From Laetmonice hystrix (Eukaryota), in assembly GCA_965235115.1 (NCBI GenBank), contig OZ249440.1:35776001-35840000 (forward strand): a stretch of 64,000 bases of DNA, in the 5' to 3' direction. This document shows positions 39,201-52,905 of this stretch, piece by piece. Below the pieces are notes generated by a model. That model had not been told where the DNA came from and ran no database searches. It saw nothing but the letters and a program-made list of their open reading frames with translations. Position 1 is the first letter of the stretch; each line of letters begins with the position of its first letter. The position numbers were made by a program, and so were the translations under genes.

Positions 39201-40523
39201 GAGATGGACTTACTCAGGCGAGTAACACACACCCGGCGGAGGCGTAACCGTTAGTCCATTTACCGTTACGTTCCGTTATTTATTGTAATTTGTAGCTAGA
39301 TCTAGTAGGTAGTAGTCAGGCCCGGGTACTGGGTGATCCCGGCTCATGTCTAGCTCGAGGTGATGTCAGACCGATGTGGTGAAGTCGGCCCGAGCCTAGC
39401 ATTGGCCATGGGTCAGCTGTGGCAGGACAGGCCCTGGGGCCGGCACGGGCCGGGTGCGGGTACTTAGGGACAAGCCAGGGTAGCCCGGTCGGCAGGACCA
39501 CGTCCACGGGCCGGGTCTGGGTTAGGGACAACGCCGTCAATGGTGTCACCCAGGCCAAGAACACCCTGCTCCGAGTTCACGTCATGTCACCGTTAGGCCT
39601 GTATCCAGCCTCTGGCTAGATCTACCCCACAGTCGTATTATAATTTAAACCACACCATACCAAAAATGTATTTTCTGAACAAATGTTGTGCCCAGATGTT
39701 AAAGGCATGGTTTTTATTTACTTTTGCATTTCATTTCCAGGACGAGAATGGCTTGAACACGATAAGGAAGCCAGTCGAATGTTTTGCAGCATTTGCAGAG
39801 AGAATCGGTGCGGTTACGCTGAACCAATGTCTACCTTCGGAGGAATCGGCTGCACCTCATTTTACCTGTATTCCATCCAAAAACATGAATGCAGTGAAGC
39901 CCACATCAGAGAAGTGGCGGCTATTAAAGCTCAACAACAGCCTGTAGATGAAAGTATTGCACATGCTTGTAAAACTAAATGAGGCAGAGATAGCCAAAAT
40001 CGAAATGCAGATCCGAAATGTCCATGCTCTCATGAAAAATGGTCGCCCATTCTCAGACTATGAGTGGCTGTGTCGGCTGGATGAAGTGAAGGGTTTGAAG
40101 GTTAGCAGAGAATATAGCACCAGAAAGTATGCTGCAGTGTTTGCCCATCACATTGCTGAGGTAGGACATGTACAAATTAAGTTTAATTTGTAATAATTGT
40201 ATTATAATTGTATTATATAAAACTTAGTTAAACTTAAAAAATAATTTTCCAAAGTTGATAGAAAGGCTGTAGATTGTAAGTATAACTGATTTGACTTTTC
40301 ATTTGCACCTTGTAGGTGGAAAGGCTGGCTCTAAAATCAAGAGTGGAGCAGGCACCATTTGCAGCACTGATTGTTGATGGTTCAACAGACGCTTCAGTCA
40401 AGGAACAAGAAATCCTGTATGTTCGTACCTGCCTGGCAGGACAGGTGGATGTCAGTTTCCTGGCTGTAACAGAAGCTGAAAAGGCAGATGCTCCTGGGAT
40501 TGTTACTTCTATGGTACCCCCCA

Positions 40524-40743
40524 CAGGGCATCCGCCAGAGGGGGGGACGGGGGGGATTTATCCCCCCCATGATTGGGACATGGGGGGGATATCCCCCCCA
40601 TAAATCTGCAGAGCAGTGTCTTTTTTTAAGCTATTCTCGCTCTGAGAGGCCAGGAAAACGCATCTCCGGAGTTCATGAAAAAAAAATTTCTGGGCGAGGG
40701 CCCCCAGACCCCCCCCATTAATTTTTTTCTGGCAGAAACCCTG
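40524..40743. mobile_element. MITE with CAGGG termini and 5-bp TSD
   Basis: CAGGGCATCCGCCAGA / TCTGGCAGAAACCCTG; TSD CCCCA. Confidence 0.8.
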
Positions 40744-41789
40744 CCCCATATTTAGGTAGCCCACATATGGTAATAATTAATTAGCGTCATACAAGGCCGA
40801 GGCAGCCATGTTTGTCCTACCCAGCACTCCGGAGGACTGCTCCTGTACCTAGCTGACATTGGGTTAATGTTATGCACTAACGGTCATGTGCTAATTTATA
40901 TATAGCCATTTCAATTTCATATTCTCAAAATTAAGAATACAGACAAGACGATTTACCTCACATATTGAATACAGGAATTATTATGTCATTTCTCTCATAT
41001 TTGATTTCAACCTAGAAATAGAGTTTTGGAGAACATTTTGGCTTTGCATAATTAATGAGCGGATGAGCGCGGGCTTCAACAGATAAGATATATATTTTAT
41101 TATCTATATTTTTAGTATAAAACGGTATTTATTAGTGAGACTCTAAAAAGAAGGGTTGTATTGTATAACTTAAAAGATTCCATCTTGTAAACAGAAAAAG
41201 GTTGTCCCTTAAGGAAATTAACCCAGTAGACCCTATGCTAATCAGCTTAATGAGCGTCGCTGGGAGGTTTTGGCGGTCTCTTGCTCCCGGGTCACCGAAC
41301 TGACCAGACGTGTAGGAGCGGGGACCGCAGTGTGAAATAAAGGAATGGAAGACTATCAACCTCGGAGTGTTTAATTTTGGACAGTTGGGGTGCAACACCA
41401 CCGCACCCACATACCAAACTTCCATGAATAAGGGGATCACATCTATAATGTCGGTGGAGACTTTCTCTAGAAAATTAGTTGGTGTTGGTTCTGATGGTGC
41501 AGCGGTCATGATTGGAAAAAAAAGTGGTGTTGTCACAAGACTACGCCAAGAAGGGATCCCCTGGCTTGTGGGTGTCCACTGTAGTGCCCACAGACTGGAA
41601 CTGGCAGTTCGTGACACCATTAGGAATTGCAAGCTGTACACTGATCTGAAAACTTTCCTACTTGACATATACCTCTTCTGACTGACCCTTCTTTTGGTTG
41701 AAAATTGTCAGCTCCTGATGAGAATTGTCGGCCAATGGCTGAGGGGCCGGCGTTAAGGGGAACACATGTACTCAGAGCCCTTAACAATA

Positions 41790-42012
41790 CCGTATATGTC
41801 CTATTTGCCGCGCACCTCCTATTTGCCGCGCACCCCAGCATTTTTTAAAACCCAATGTGTTTGTCAGGGGTGGAAATTTGGGAAAACTCATATTGGGGAC
41901 TCATATTGGGGACCTATTTGGAAAGAAAATGCCCCCTTAACGTTAAAATAATTCATTTGCCGCGCATCCCCCTTCTGCACACGCGCATGCGCGGCAAATA
42001 GGACATAGACGG
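41790..42012. mobile_element. TA-flanked MITE (Tc1/pogo type)
   Basis: TIR CCGTATATGTCCTATTTGCCGCGCA / TGCGCGGCAAATAGGACATAGACGG; TA flanks. Confidence 0.85.
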
Positions 42013-45000
42013 TATATGGAGCATTTACCCTGCACTTGTACAACACCTCTTCCAGGTAATTTTTTTTTTTAATTTACTTATTTCCAGAAACATTGTGATT
42101 TAAATCGTGTTCCCAGTCAGCTATATATGCGCTTACCTGTATGTGCAATTTTTATGTTGCAGCTTGCCATAGCTGGACAATCAAAAGATGCCATGGCCAA
42201 AGCCAGGGGGTTTCACCAGAAGCTGACATCTCGAACACAGGTGGAATTTGGGCATTTTGTCTGGGATATCGTTGTATACCTCTCCCAGCTGTCCCTGTAT
42301 CTTCAGGAGAGAAACTGCTCTGTTGCCCAAGTGTCGGACAAAGTGGACAGCACTATTGCACAACTGACAGCATACAGTGAGAAGTAAGTGGATGCTAGTC
42401 TTTAGGGTAGTTTTGTGTATACATATTTAATAGATTTAAGTTTAGAATACGTTTTACACCTACTACAGGACCCCAAAGTTCCTTGTAGGTTTGGCCCAAG
42501 GCTCGTAAAGGTGCGGGGTGCAGCAAAAGTAGATGGTGTGTTGCTCCAGGAGAACCAAACGAGACAGCAAGTCAGCCTGACAGAAGTTGTCAGTGAGGTT
42601 ACAGGTCACCTGGTTGAGAACCTGGAGAAACGTTTTGATGGATCAAGTGTCATAGAAGCCACCTCTCTGGTCAACCTGAAGACCTGGCCATCCACCTTTG
42701 AAGAAGCCAAAGGTATTGTAGGATTTTCTCAATATCATACTAGTTATAAGCTGGCTTCAAAGACTGACAATGTAAGATTTCTAGTTGCCATGCATGTATA
42801 CTAGATATTTTAAATATTAAAATTCGGTGTGAGCTTTTGTCTTTATAGATTTTGGAGATGACAAAGTCAACACTCTTGTCAACCACTTCAGGAAGCCCCT
42901 TGAAAATGCTACGGTGAAAGTGGACGACATCCCTCTTGACTGGAAAGTGCTGAAGACAATCCTCTACAAAAAGTATTGAGTAAAATTCTGAATAATATGA
43001 TCCAATTAAAAAACAACATTTAAAAGTGACAAGTAATAAAGCACTTGTGATTTTTTTTATATTCTCGAAATAAATAAGTAACATTTTATTTTACAAATAA
43101 ATAAATCTAGGTTCTAGTATATGATCATATTTATTCATTTAATTCCAGGCATCAGGGCAAGATCTTCAGTCTGGATTGGAAATTCATCAACAGACAGTAT
43201 GGGGATCTTGCAGGCAACATCTTGACACTAATGGATCTGGTTCTCACCCTTCCAGCGACATCAGCTGAGGCTGAGAGGGGCTTCAGTGTGTTGGGACGAG
43301 TGAAATCTAAAACATGCAGTAGCCTTTCCAGCACAAGCCTGAATGATCAGATGAGAGTCATTCTGTTGTCGAAAACTGTGGAATTGTTTGACCCCAAACC
43401 AGTAGCAAAACCCTGGTGGGAAGCCACTCGGCGAAGGCACAGGCCAGTGGCAGATGCAGTGGCAGAGGTAGAAGAAGACAATGACACTGACAGTGATTCT
43501 AGTGAGGAAGAAGAGCCACTGGCCCAGCTCCTTAGTGAATCTTATTAGAAATAAAAGCTAAATTGCAGAAACAATACAAGTATTTGGGATTTATTGTGCA
43601 CATAAATTTGCACTGCAGGACAACCTGAAGTTTCTGCGGACAACCATGGTTCTAGAGGTAGGTTGTCCGGCGGACAACCAGAAAAAAATCCTTAAGTCCA
43701 GCCCTGAAAGTGACAGTTGAACGTTAAAGATGCATACTACTCATTTCTAATTAGACCCCAGGATCGAAAATACCTTAAATTTAAGTGGGAGGGTGTATTA
43801 TATCAGTACCGATGCCTCCCAAATGGACTTGCTTGTGCTCCAAGGTTTTTCACAAAATTGCTCACACCAGTCTTCACAAAGGCCAGGAGGTTGGGGGGTG
43901 AATGCTTCCCATTTCTAGACGATTCTTTCATAATGGGGAATACACAGTCGTAATGTTGGCAGTCAGTCATGACTCTTCTGAGTATGTAGACAAGTTAGGA
44001 CTGGTGGTCCACCTAGCGGTCCTATATCCTACCAAAAATTTGAAATTTCTTGGGTTCATCATAAATTCTCAAGATCTAACAGTTACACTTACACAGGAGA
44101 AGAGGGACAAATTCCACCTCTTTGCTAACCAGTTATTACCAAATCCGGACCCTTCAATCAGAGATTGTGCAGCAGTTGTAGGGCTGATGACAGCTTACAC
44201 TCAAGGGATTGACTATGGCATGGCACATACTAAGTCCTTAGAGCAGGACAGGAATCTGGCATTGGTACAGCACAGGGGTGACTTTGATGCAAAGTTTTCA
44301 ATCTCACCGGATGGAATTGCCAATATCAAGTGGTGGCTGGCACATTTGGACACTCTGAGACACATCCGAAGGGACAAACATGACCTCATTGTGTATACTG
44401 ATGCCAGCCTAGAGGGCTGGGGGGCTTCTTGTGGTGACCAACAGGTGGGGGGCAGGTGGCTTGCCTCTGATATGACCCATATAAATGTGTTGGAACTGAA
44501 AGCTATTCTACTAGGACTTAAAAGCTTATGTAGAGTGTCTAATAGGCACATCCACATCAAAACGGACAACACCACAGCCCTTAACTATGTCAAGAAAATG
44601 GGAGGAGTGAGGTCGTCTCAATGTAACATGGTTGCACAACAAATCTGGTCCTGGGCTGAGAGCAGAAGGAATTGGTTATCCATTTCCCATATTAAAGGAA
44701 TAAATAACATAAAGGCAGATAAAGCATCAAGAGAATTCAATGATAACATTGAGTGCGAATTGCATCCTCGAATTTACAGAAAACTTTGTCAAAGGTTTGG
44801 AACCCCGTGCATTGACTTATTTGCATCACGGTTAAACAATAAATGTGACATTTACTGTTCATGGAAACCAGACCCAGGGGCAACCTATGTGGATGCCTTC
44901 TCTCTTGACTGGTGTAACATTGACACTTATGCATTTCCTCCTTTCAGCATGACTCTCCGAGTACTGAACAAGGTTTGGGAAGAGAAGCCCAAGAAGCTAG

Positions 45001-46078
45001 TGTTAGTGACTCCGAACTGGCTGACAAAACCGTGGTTCCATCGTCTACAAAAAATGGCAAAGCGACAGATGTTCATCGCAAGAAAAAAAAAAAGAAAACC
45101 TCCTAAACAAAGCACCAAGCCAACAGGGAGACAGCTTTCTAGGAAAACTACCCCCGATTATTTCAGAACTATAGAGAATGAACTCATTAACAATAAAGGA
45201 TGTGACCGATCGACAGCCACCTTTCTGCTGGAGAGTTGGCGCCCCAACACAAAAAAGGTTTATAACACCTACTTGCGGAAATGGCACACATTTTGTATCA
45301 TTCACTCTGTTAGCAGCATTAATCCTACTGTGTTTCAGGTGTGTAAATTTTTGAAAACGTTATCAGAGTCCAATTTGTCGTTTGCTCAGTTAATGCGGCA
45401 AGGTGTGCGCTGTCAGTGCTTCTACCACTATTAGACAATGGGGACACAATAGGTAAAAACTATTGGGTATGCAGGGCAATCAAAGCAGCTTAGGACAGGA
45501 GAAGCATTGAGGATGATAACATTGGAGCCTTATCCCACCAACAAGTTGCTCTGTATTATACAGCAGCTGTTAAAGGATTATATCAAGGTCACAAAAGACA
45601 TTAGAGGAGTGACTGGACAGCTAGTTCTGTCATTGTTCGACTTAGCAGGTATAGATGTTAAGAAATATAAGTCGCACTCAACTAGGGGTGCAGGGACGTC
45701 CAGTTCATCTAGGGCTTAGTGCTAACGGGTTACTGAAATATGGTTCCTGGAGATCCAAGAAATCCATGGCCAGGCACATTCGGGAATCCTCGGCCATATC
45801 TTCGAAAGTAGCCTCGGGTGAAATAGGCGCCATTTTGAGCATTGCATCTCAGGTACATTTAGTTGCAGGTACATTTAGCTGGGACTCTCGCCAGCATGGC
45901 AGTGCTTGCAGTATTTAGCCTGCATCAGGCATGGAAGCAACTAAAATAGGCCTCCAGTGTTTTCCCCATAGTGAGTGGGCAATATTACGAGAGTATCATG
46001 TTCACCATACAAGTAGTCGTACCATAATGTCGTTAACCCAGCCAACCATTGTTATGTTATGTTTTTTTGTTCAATCAG

Positions 46079-47683
46079 CTGCAGGCAGAACATCTGCCAG
46101 ACGGATTCCTAAGGAAAGACATCAGCTTGGAGGGCAAACGTCATATCCTATTTGCCACTACTGAGCAGATTCAGTTACTCACAAACGCCAAAACGTGGTA
46201 TATTGATGCCACTTTTAAAATCGTCCGGCCGCCCTTCACCCAACTACTTAGCATACATGCTTCATTGCTTTTGTCAAGTCAGACGGCCTCATGAAACAGG
46301 TTCCACTGTTGTTTTGTTTAATGACTCGCCGCAGAAAGAAAGACTATGTGAAGCTAACTATATACACACCGTATATGTCCCTTTACCACGCACTACCTAT
46401 TTGCCGCCCCCCCCCCCCGCATTTTTTTTAAACAAGCTGTGCCGGAAAACCCGTGTTCGACACGCCACCTAGTGTAAAATTTTGTAAGCTCCCGGCGCAA
46501 CCTCCCTATTGCCGCGCACTGCTTTTCTGCACATGCACATGCGCGGCTAAAGGGACATATACGGTATATTTTTTTGAGCTGTTACTTTGGTTACCTGCTT
46601 TCTATGTAGGCGCACTTTTTTTGGCATATAGTTGATACAAGCAGGTTTCTGTAATCCACTCCCATTTCGTCCTTTAGGTGTGTGATGTATGGGTATAATG
46701 GTGGCATAATGCTTGCAGGTCTTCTAGGCAGTAAAACGCTTGATGCGTGATAGAAATGCGAAGGTAGAGGTCGCTGTGACAGACTTTGAGAAAGTGTGGT
46801 CTACATATACAGGCGATGACATGGAAACCTATTATGCTTTATGCAGATTCAAGTTTCCATAATATAAATCACCGTGTAATTACGGTTATAATTTTTGTCT
46901 CGTACATTTGTAGGAATCTGGCAGGGTTTGAGGAAGGCCCTCCCCAGTGTCAAGATCCTGGGCTGTTCTTTTCACTGGGCGCAGGCAGTGTGGCGGAAAG
47001 TGCAAGACATTGACCTGCGCACAGCCTACATCAAGCAGGCTGGAATGCACCAATTTGTGCGACAAATAATCGCATTGCCGTTCCTTCCAGCGGAGCATAT
47101 CCGACCTGCGTTTGCAGCACTTGTGGACCGGGCCACCAACCGGCAGGTGAGTGTGATGAGATATACATGTATTGCAAAATAATATATTTAAATGCAATGT
47201 TTTAAGTGTACTACGATGTTGAATGTTCAGGTACACTGGTATTCAATGTTTGAAATGATGTGCACTGTTATGAGAAACTGCCTAACGTCTACAATTTTTC
47301 TCATGCCACAGGTGAGGGCGCTACTTAAGTATGTAGACGAGACCTGGCTGCAGTCACCTGTCTGGGCCCCAGAGAATTGGAGCCTTTACAGGCGTTCGAT
47401 CCGGACCAACAACGACGTTAAAGGTTGGCGTCTCCGGATCAACGCCTGTGCAGGCCGCGCAAGCCTGCAATTCTACCGGCTAGTCGTGTTCCTTTTTGAG
47501 GAAGCTCGCCTGGTGCCCCTGCAGCAAAGGCTGGTTTCAGAGAGGAAGCTGAGGCGGGTACAGCGCAAGGCCTACCGGCAGCTCCAAGGGAGAATTTTCA
47601 AGTTGTGGGAAAAATATGAGGCGGGGACCAGGTCGGTTTCCCGACTCTTAAAGGCTTGTGGCCGCATTTATGCGCCATGTTAA
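46079..47683 (+). pseudogene. MULE (Mutator) transposase, spliced, 5'-truncated and disrupted
   Basis: WYIDATFK, VTDFE, GCSFHWAQA, RTNNDVKGW motifs across exons ~46079-46352, 46719-46790, 46914-47146, 47312-47683. Confidence 0.88.
46369..46564. mobile_element. MITE related to 41790-42012, in a MULE intron
   Basis: TIR CCGTATATGTCCCTTTA / TAAAGGGACATATACGG. Confidence 0.8.
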
Positions 47684-49579
47684 TGTAGTCAAGAGTCCCC
47701 ATGTACATCCTGTTAGACCCTATAATGTTACAGTAAAATAGTGCTTTAATGGGATAAGTAGGCCCCCCTATAGTGTAAATAATGATGTTTTTTTCTTTCT
47801 TTCTTTAAATTACATGTATTCACTCTGTGTAATATATACGGGTCAGTCTCTAAAGGTGCTACACAATCAAGTGTCAGTCTTGTTCATTGAATAAATTACA
47901 CATTCCTTAATGAAAAACCAGTAAAACGGTGTTTACTGACCCATTACCACTTGAAGATATAAAATATGTCAAAATATTGTGTATTTCTTCCAATGGAATT
48001 TTTTAAAGGGGCATGTGAATCAGATTTTGGCCCTTTTCAGTCATAAAATTTGTGACTTTTAATGACATCGTTCACAGTAACACATCAAATGATACATAGA
48101 AAATATTGTTTGATGTCCTTTTGTGTTTTACTGTATTATGATTTGAATGTTTTCGAGACTTGTTATTGTTCCTTATGTATTGTGCTCACTACTTTAGTTT
48201 ACCGGTCTACTGCAATTCAATGGTGTCTATGTAACGGTTTCCGTCAATGTTTGTTATGTATGAAAACAGAGGGCTGCAATCTTGTTTGTTTACTGCACGG
48301 ATCTAATCACTATTACTGGTAAAAGGCTTTGGTGTGTGAATATCTAACAATTACATGATCGTAAGGCAAAAGATATGTATATAGGATTGATATAATGTCA
48401 GAGAGTCAAATTTCCGTCAAAAAAATGTTACATACAACGAGATATTTTGAACACAATCAAGTGAAGTTTTGCGACTTCCAGCCTTCATCTTTGCAAAACC
48501 AAATGACTTCATCCTATTTAGATGGAAGATGGTGCCAAAATGGCAGAGCTGATAGAATGTGGTCGGTCTTAAAAATATTCTCAAATGTTACATTAGCATT
48601 ACCAGATGGCCACAGCGTCACATTGGATCTTGATCGCGACATTTCCGTCTATATACTCACAGGCAGTAAATCCTCAACAGCGTTTGAATAAATGTAGCAT
48701 CATACACACTTTTGACATCATTTTATGTGCAAGGCTCTAAGCATTCAGCTGATATAAGTTTTACATATCTACATAATCGTTAGGCTGAGATAGTTTAATG
48801 GAAACATCGACAAAAGTCGTCTCAAACTCCCGTGCGCCAGAGCGTCACAGTTGTCCGCGCTGTGGGTGATCCCCAAATAGAGTGCAGATGCACTAAACGG
48901 AATAGGGGAATCCCATGACGACATTATGACCGCGAGGATTTTACAGCCAATCAGAGGACATCTCAACCTTCAACCCGATATAACTTTCAACCGGGTCAAC
49001 AAACCGGAAGACGCCGACCGGAGACGCTGTAAGTATCAATTCGTCTGATTTTCAACTTCTTTGGGTAATCCTGGGCCGCGCATGCTAAGTAAGTTAGATC
49101 ATTGTATTTTTCAGGAAGTTATCTTTCAGATAAGGTATCATACATTCGAATTGGCGAATTATTACTACCGCGGCTTTTGAATTAAAAGATCGTTGTCATC
49201 ACGTTTTTGCCAACGCCCGGCAACGGGCGCAGCGATCGCTGCTACGTGAGCGATAATAGCAGCATCCCAGGACCGGCAGTATGGCGTTACAATGTTCCCG
49301 TGCCTGTCAGACTTTGCTTAAACATTAGAAGTATTTATTAAGCGTTAACATTTAGACAGGTGCTTGTGACAAAATGTTTTGATGCCAAGTGACAGCTTAC
49401 ACAATGTCAGGATCGCATGATCATGGGTCTAGGCCTACCTACTACTAGGCTAAATGCCTGATCATTCATCCAACGTCTGTGATCGGTCTACCGGGTAACA
49501 TACTAACAATAACATTGACATTGTCACCGTCAATCCAGTCACTGAGTCTGCCAAGTTGCATATAAATTACTGAACAGTC

Positions 49580-52500
49580 ATGCCTAGTCTTGGTCGCTTC
49601 TGTGAGGAGGCAGGGATATCTGAGAACTTGTTGCTTGAGAGAAACTTGAAGCCTCTAGATGTTGTGAGGAATGGGATGATATTTGAAATTAACAAATTTA
49701 ACAGCAGGAAAGGATTTTCCAATGAGAACCTTATCTACCTGGTAAATGCGATTTTGCCTCAACACGGGATTGCAGATGATATCATTCTCCTTCGAATCAA
49801 GAGCCTCCATGCAAAGAGAGATAAACTCAGAAAAAGAAAGCGAACATTGGAAATTCATGCACTTGAAGAAGATGTCTGCACTATTCACCATGATGTAACT
49901 GTAAGCTCTGAAAATTCCACTACTTCTAGTTATAGTAATTTTTCAGAAAACGAAGTGCTTGTGTTGCCTGAAAGGGAATTGACTGACTCTGAGATTACCA
50001 CCCAAGTAAGACAAACTGAAAACTCCTCTTCAATATCCAGTTTTCTACATGACATGAATACTGTAAAGCATCAGATTGATACTCATCTTAAGAAACTGAA
50101 GACCGTCAAGAAGCAAATAAAAACAGCAAAGTCATATTTGCGTACCCTCACCAAGAAAATAGCTACATACAAGCCAAAAAATGTAAAAAGGAAACTCAAG
50201 CGTCTGTCAGCTGCATTGTCTTCTCAGAGCAAAGAGTTAATGGAAGCCAGAGCTAGATTAAAGGAGCGAGAAAAAGAAAAGATAATCAAGCTAGAGAAAA
50301 CACTGAAGGCAGAGAGGCGAATGAAGAGCTATTACAAAAGACTGAGTGAGAAAGAAACCCCAAAGCAAATCAAACTTCTGAACAAGGAAAACAGATATTT
50401 ACAGACCCAGATAGCCCTGACTGAAGAAGAACTTAATCGTAATGATCCAGTCGTTACCCAGCATAATGGGGTTTTCTCGTGTAACGTTCGTGAATGTTGT
50501 CTCGAACTTGTACGTCTAGAGGTTCCAGCACACACTGTTGGACAGGTGATCAAGGCAGTGGCCAGTCACATATTTCAACATGAACTTCCAGACAAGGCTG
50601 TGCCCAAGAGACAGTGTGTTCAGAACATTATTGATGAAGCCCAATATATGGTTCGCCGTTATTACGTTGAACGCCTTGGTCAGTCTACCAATTGGGGTCT
50701 CAATAAAGATGGAACATCAAGACAGAGAAAGAAAATTGTTAACACAGCAATTACACTGGATAATGGTGAGATCTTGCCATTGTCATTCCGTCAGGTGGCA
50801 CATGAGACAGCATCTGCTATTGTGAAAAATGTTAACACAGAGCTCAGTGAAGTAGCCGCTTGTGCACCTCATGACCAGGAAGATGTTATGTATTCCCTTT
50901 TAAACAAACTGAGCTTCACGATGAGTGACAGAGCAGCAAATGAAAAGGCTTCCAACAGGCTGATAGAAGAGTGGCGTGAAAACATGTTGAAGAACTGCAA
51001 TACTGCTTCAGAAAAAAAGTCGCTCCATCACTTTTTCTGCATGGCCCATGCACTGCTTGGATTCCACTCCTATGCAGTTAAGGAGCTTACTGCTCTCCAG
51101 CGAGGTATGGAAGAAGAAGGACTGCTCTTGGGACGCGACAACCATAACGTATATGGACGCTTTGGAAAACAACCTGTATGTCAGCGCACACCACGCATGA
51201 CTAGTGAAATTTTTGGTCCAATGGGCGACGAAAAGAATGGCATCCAGGATAAATGGCAGGCGTACTGTGCTGAAAAGGGTTTGAAGTCAATCTTGCCTTC
51301 GTACAGGGACAACCGTTTCAATGCTATGTTTGAAACAGCAGCAGCAACTATTCACCACAAAGAAGATCTAAAAGTACTCCTAACAAAACTGAAGGATGGC
51401 AATCAGGTACTCAACTTAAAAGTGAAGTCAGTTTTGTTAGATCTCGAGGATCCAAAAGTGACAGCCATTCTTCATGCATTGTCCATCATAGCTGTCAAGG
51501 TAACACTGCCGTACTGGGACCTAGTAACATCAAGAAAGGTACATTACCTAGAACTCCACAGGCACATACAACCCATGCACAGACGCATTGAAGAATGGCT
51601 GCTTGACCCAATGTCCATAACAATCCCAGATGATGAGCCTGTGTTTCCGGAACACCCACCAAACAGAACAAACAGTCTCTATTTATCTGCACTGAACATC
51701 ATAGAAGTCGACCAGACCACACTTAAAAGCGCTCTCACAGCAATACTAACTGGTATTCAGCACTGCATTGAAAAGCAGCTGGTTGATTTTCTTGTTAATG
51801 GAAAATATGGTCAAACTTCAAATGCAGATGATCTGAAACAGACTCAGGGCAGCCATCTCAACAATCTGGCTTGTGAGCGGCATTTTGGATCCCTGGATGC
51901 CAGTCAACAGCGAAGGCGCCATGCAACACTGCATTACCACAGTTCCATCCTGATGCTGAAAGCAAACAAGAAAATGTTGCCATGGATAAAAAAGCATAAA
52001 GAGAGACAAAAAATTTGGCTAATGGCCAGAAAAGAAGGGCAGCAGCTACGCAAAAAACACAAAGCAGAGGAGAAGGAACAAATTGAAATAGTTCTACAAA
52101 GTCTGGACAGAAATGTGGAAACCATGAAAAAAAAGGCTGAAAAGGCTGTAAAGAAAGCATGCTCCCAAAAGCGTGCACAGAACAACCGCAAACGAAATGC
52201 TAAAGAAGATCGAGTACAAGGCATAAAGTGTCGCAAAATAAATAAAGGTAATAGGTCATAAAGGTATTTTCATTGTACATCCAGCAGCTCAGTGATGTTC
52301 CAACACTTTATAAAGTTTAAATTCGCCAGCATAATTATGTTCCGGCGGCCAGTCGGTGGCTTCAAATATTACTTGTTTTAAAATTTAACTTTTCATAAAA
52401 ATATCACGTTTTTCTTTTTGCAGAGATCGCTCCATCCGTCCCCAGTGTCTGTGTGGACGAATGGGTTGGGGTTGCCTATGATAATGGCTGGTTTCCAGGT

Positions 52501-52905
52501 AACTTTTTCTTTTGTACTGTAAATTCAGTTTACGTATTTTATCGAACTTTTTAAAAAGATTTTTTGTTAGTTTTACTCAAAAGCAAGATCTACCTTATTT
52601 ATATTTTATTGTACTTAAGAAAAAATTATTGGGCCTTATTCACGTTTGGTAGTGCATTTAATATTACAGGAAGAGTAACTCAGAAGACAGATGAGCCTGA
52701 TGTCTGTACAGTAGAGTTCCTCCATCCGAGCAGTGTGGCTGGGCTGTACAAGAAGCCTTACAAAGATGACATCGCCGTAATAAGGGCAAAATTTATTTTT
52801 GCCATCATTCAGGATGCTCCGAGGCCCGTTTCAGGTGGTCGCCTCTTCCAACTGACGGAGCATGAGAGGCTGACTGCTTGTTACATAAAGTTCAAAGAAT
52901 GGTGA
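49580..52905 (+). CDS. Intact spliced DDE transposase (exons 49580-52247, 52424-52498, 52670-52905)
   Basis: Uninterrupted ~890-codon exon with coiled coil, KDGTS (D), MSDRAANE (D), FCMAH (CxxH), NRFN, CERHFG (E); two phase-1 GT-AG introns join WVGVAYDNGWFPG and RVTQ...VEFLHP in frame. Confidence 0.85.

Larger units (their letters stand above)
39039..43548 (+). pseudogene. Multi-exon hAT transposase, disrupted
   Basis: Exons 39039-39183, 39741-40160 (MFCSIC zinc finger, frameshift ~39960), 40316 onward (VDGSTD), ~41427-41680 (SDGAAVM, HCSAHRLELA), ~42162-42383, later exons to 43548 (LPATSAEAERGFS dimerisation motif). Confidence 0.88.
38648..43706 (+). mobile_element. hAT transposon (ZNF862/DUF4371-like transposase) with 5-bp TSD, inserted in the DIRS RT
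   Basis: TIR CAGGGCTGG / CCAGCCCTG; TSD AAAGT (38643-38647, 43707-43711); subterminal GGACAACC repeats. Confidence 0.92.
36225..45780 (+). mobile_element. DIRS1-like tyrosine-recombinase retrotransposon, degraded and interrupted; ends approximate
   Basis: Gag-like ORF ~36614-38177; RT start (SNIFVRPKSDGGCRIILDL, to 38647) resumes at 43712 (KDAYYS...LPNGLACAPRFFTK...FLDD); RNase H (YTDAS, HINVLELKA, KTDNTTA); methyltransferase-like region (IDLFAS...YAFPPF); broken YR (SHSTRG). Confidence 0.92.
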
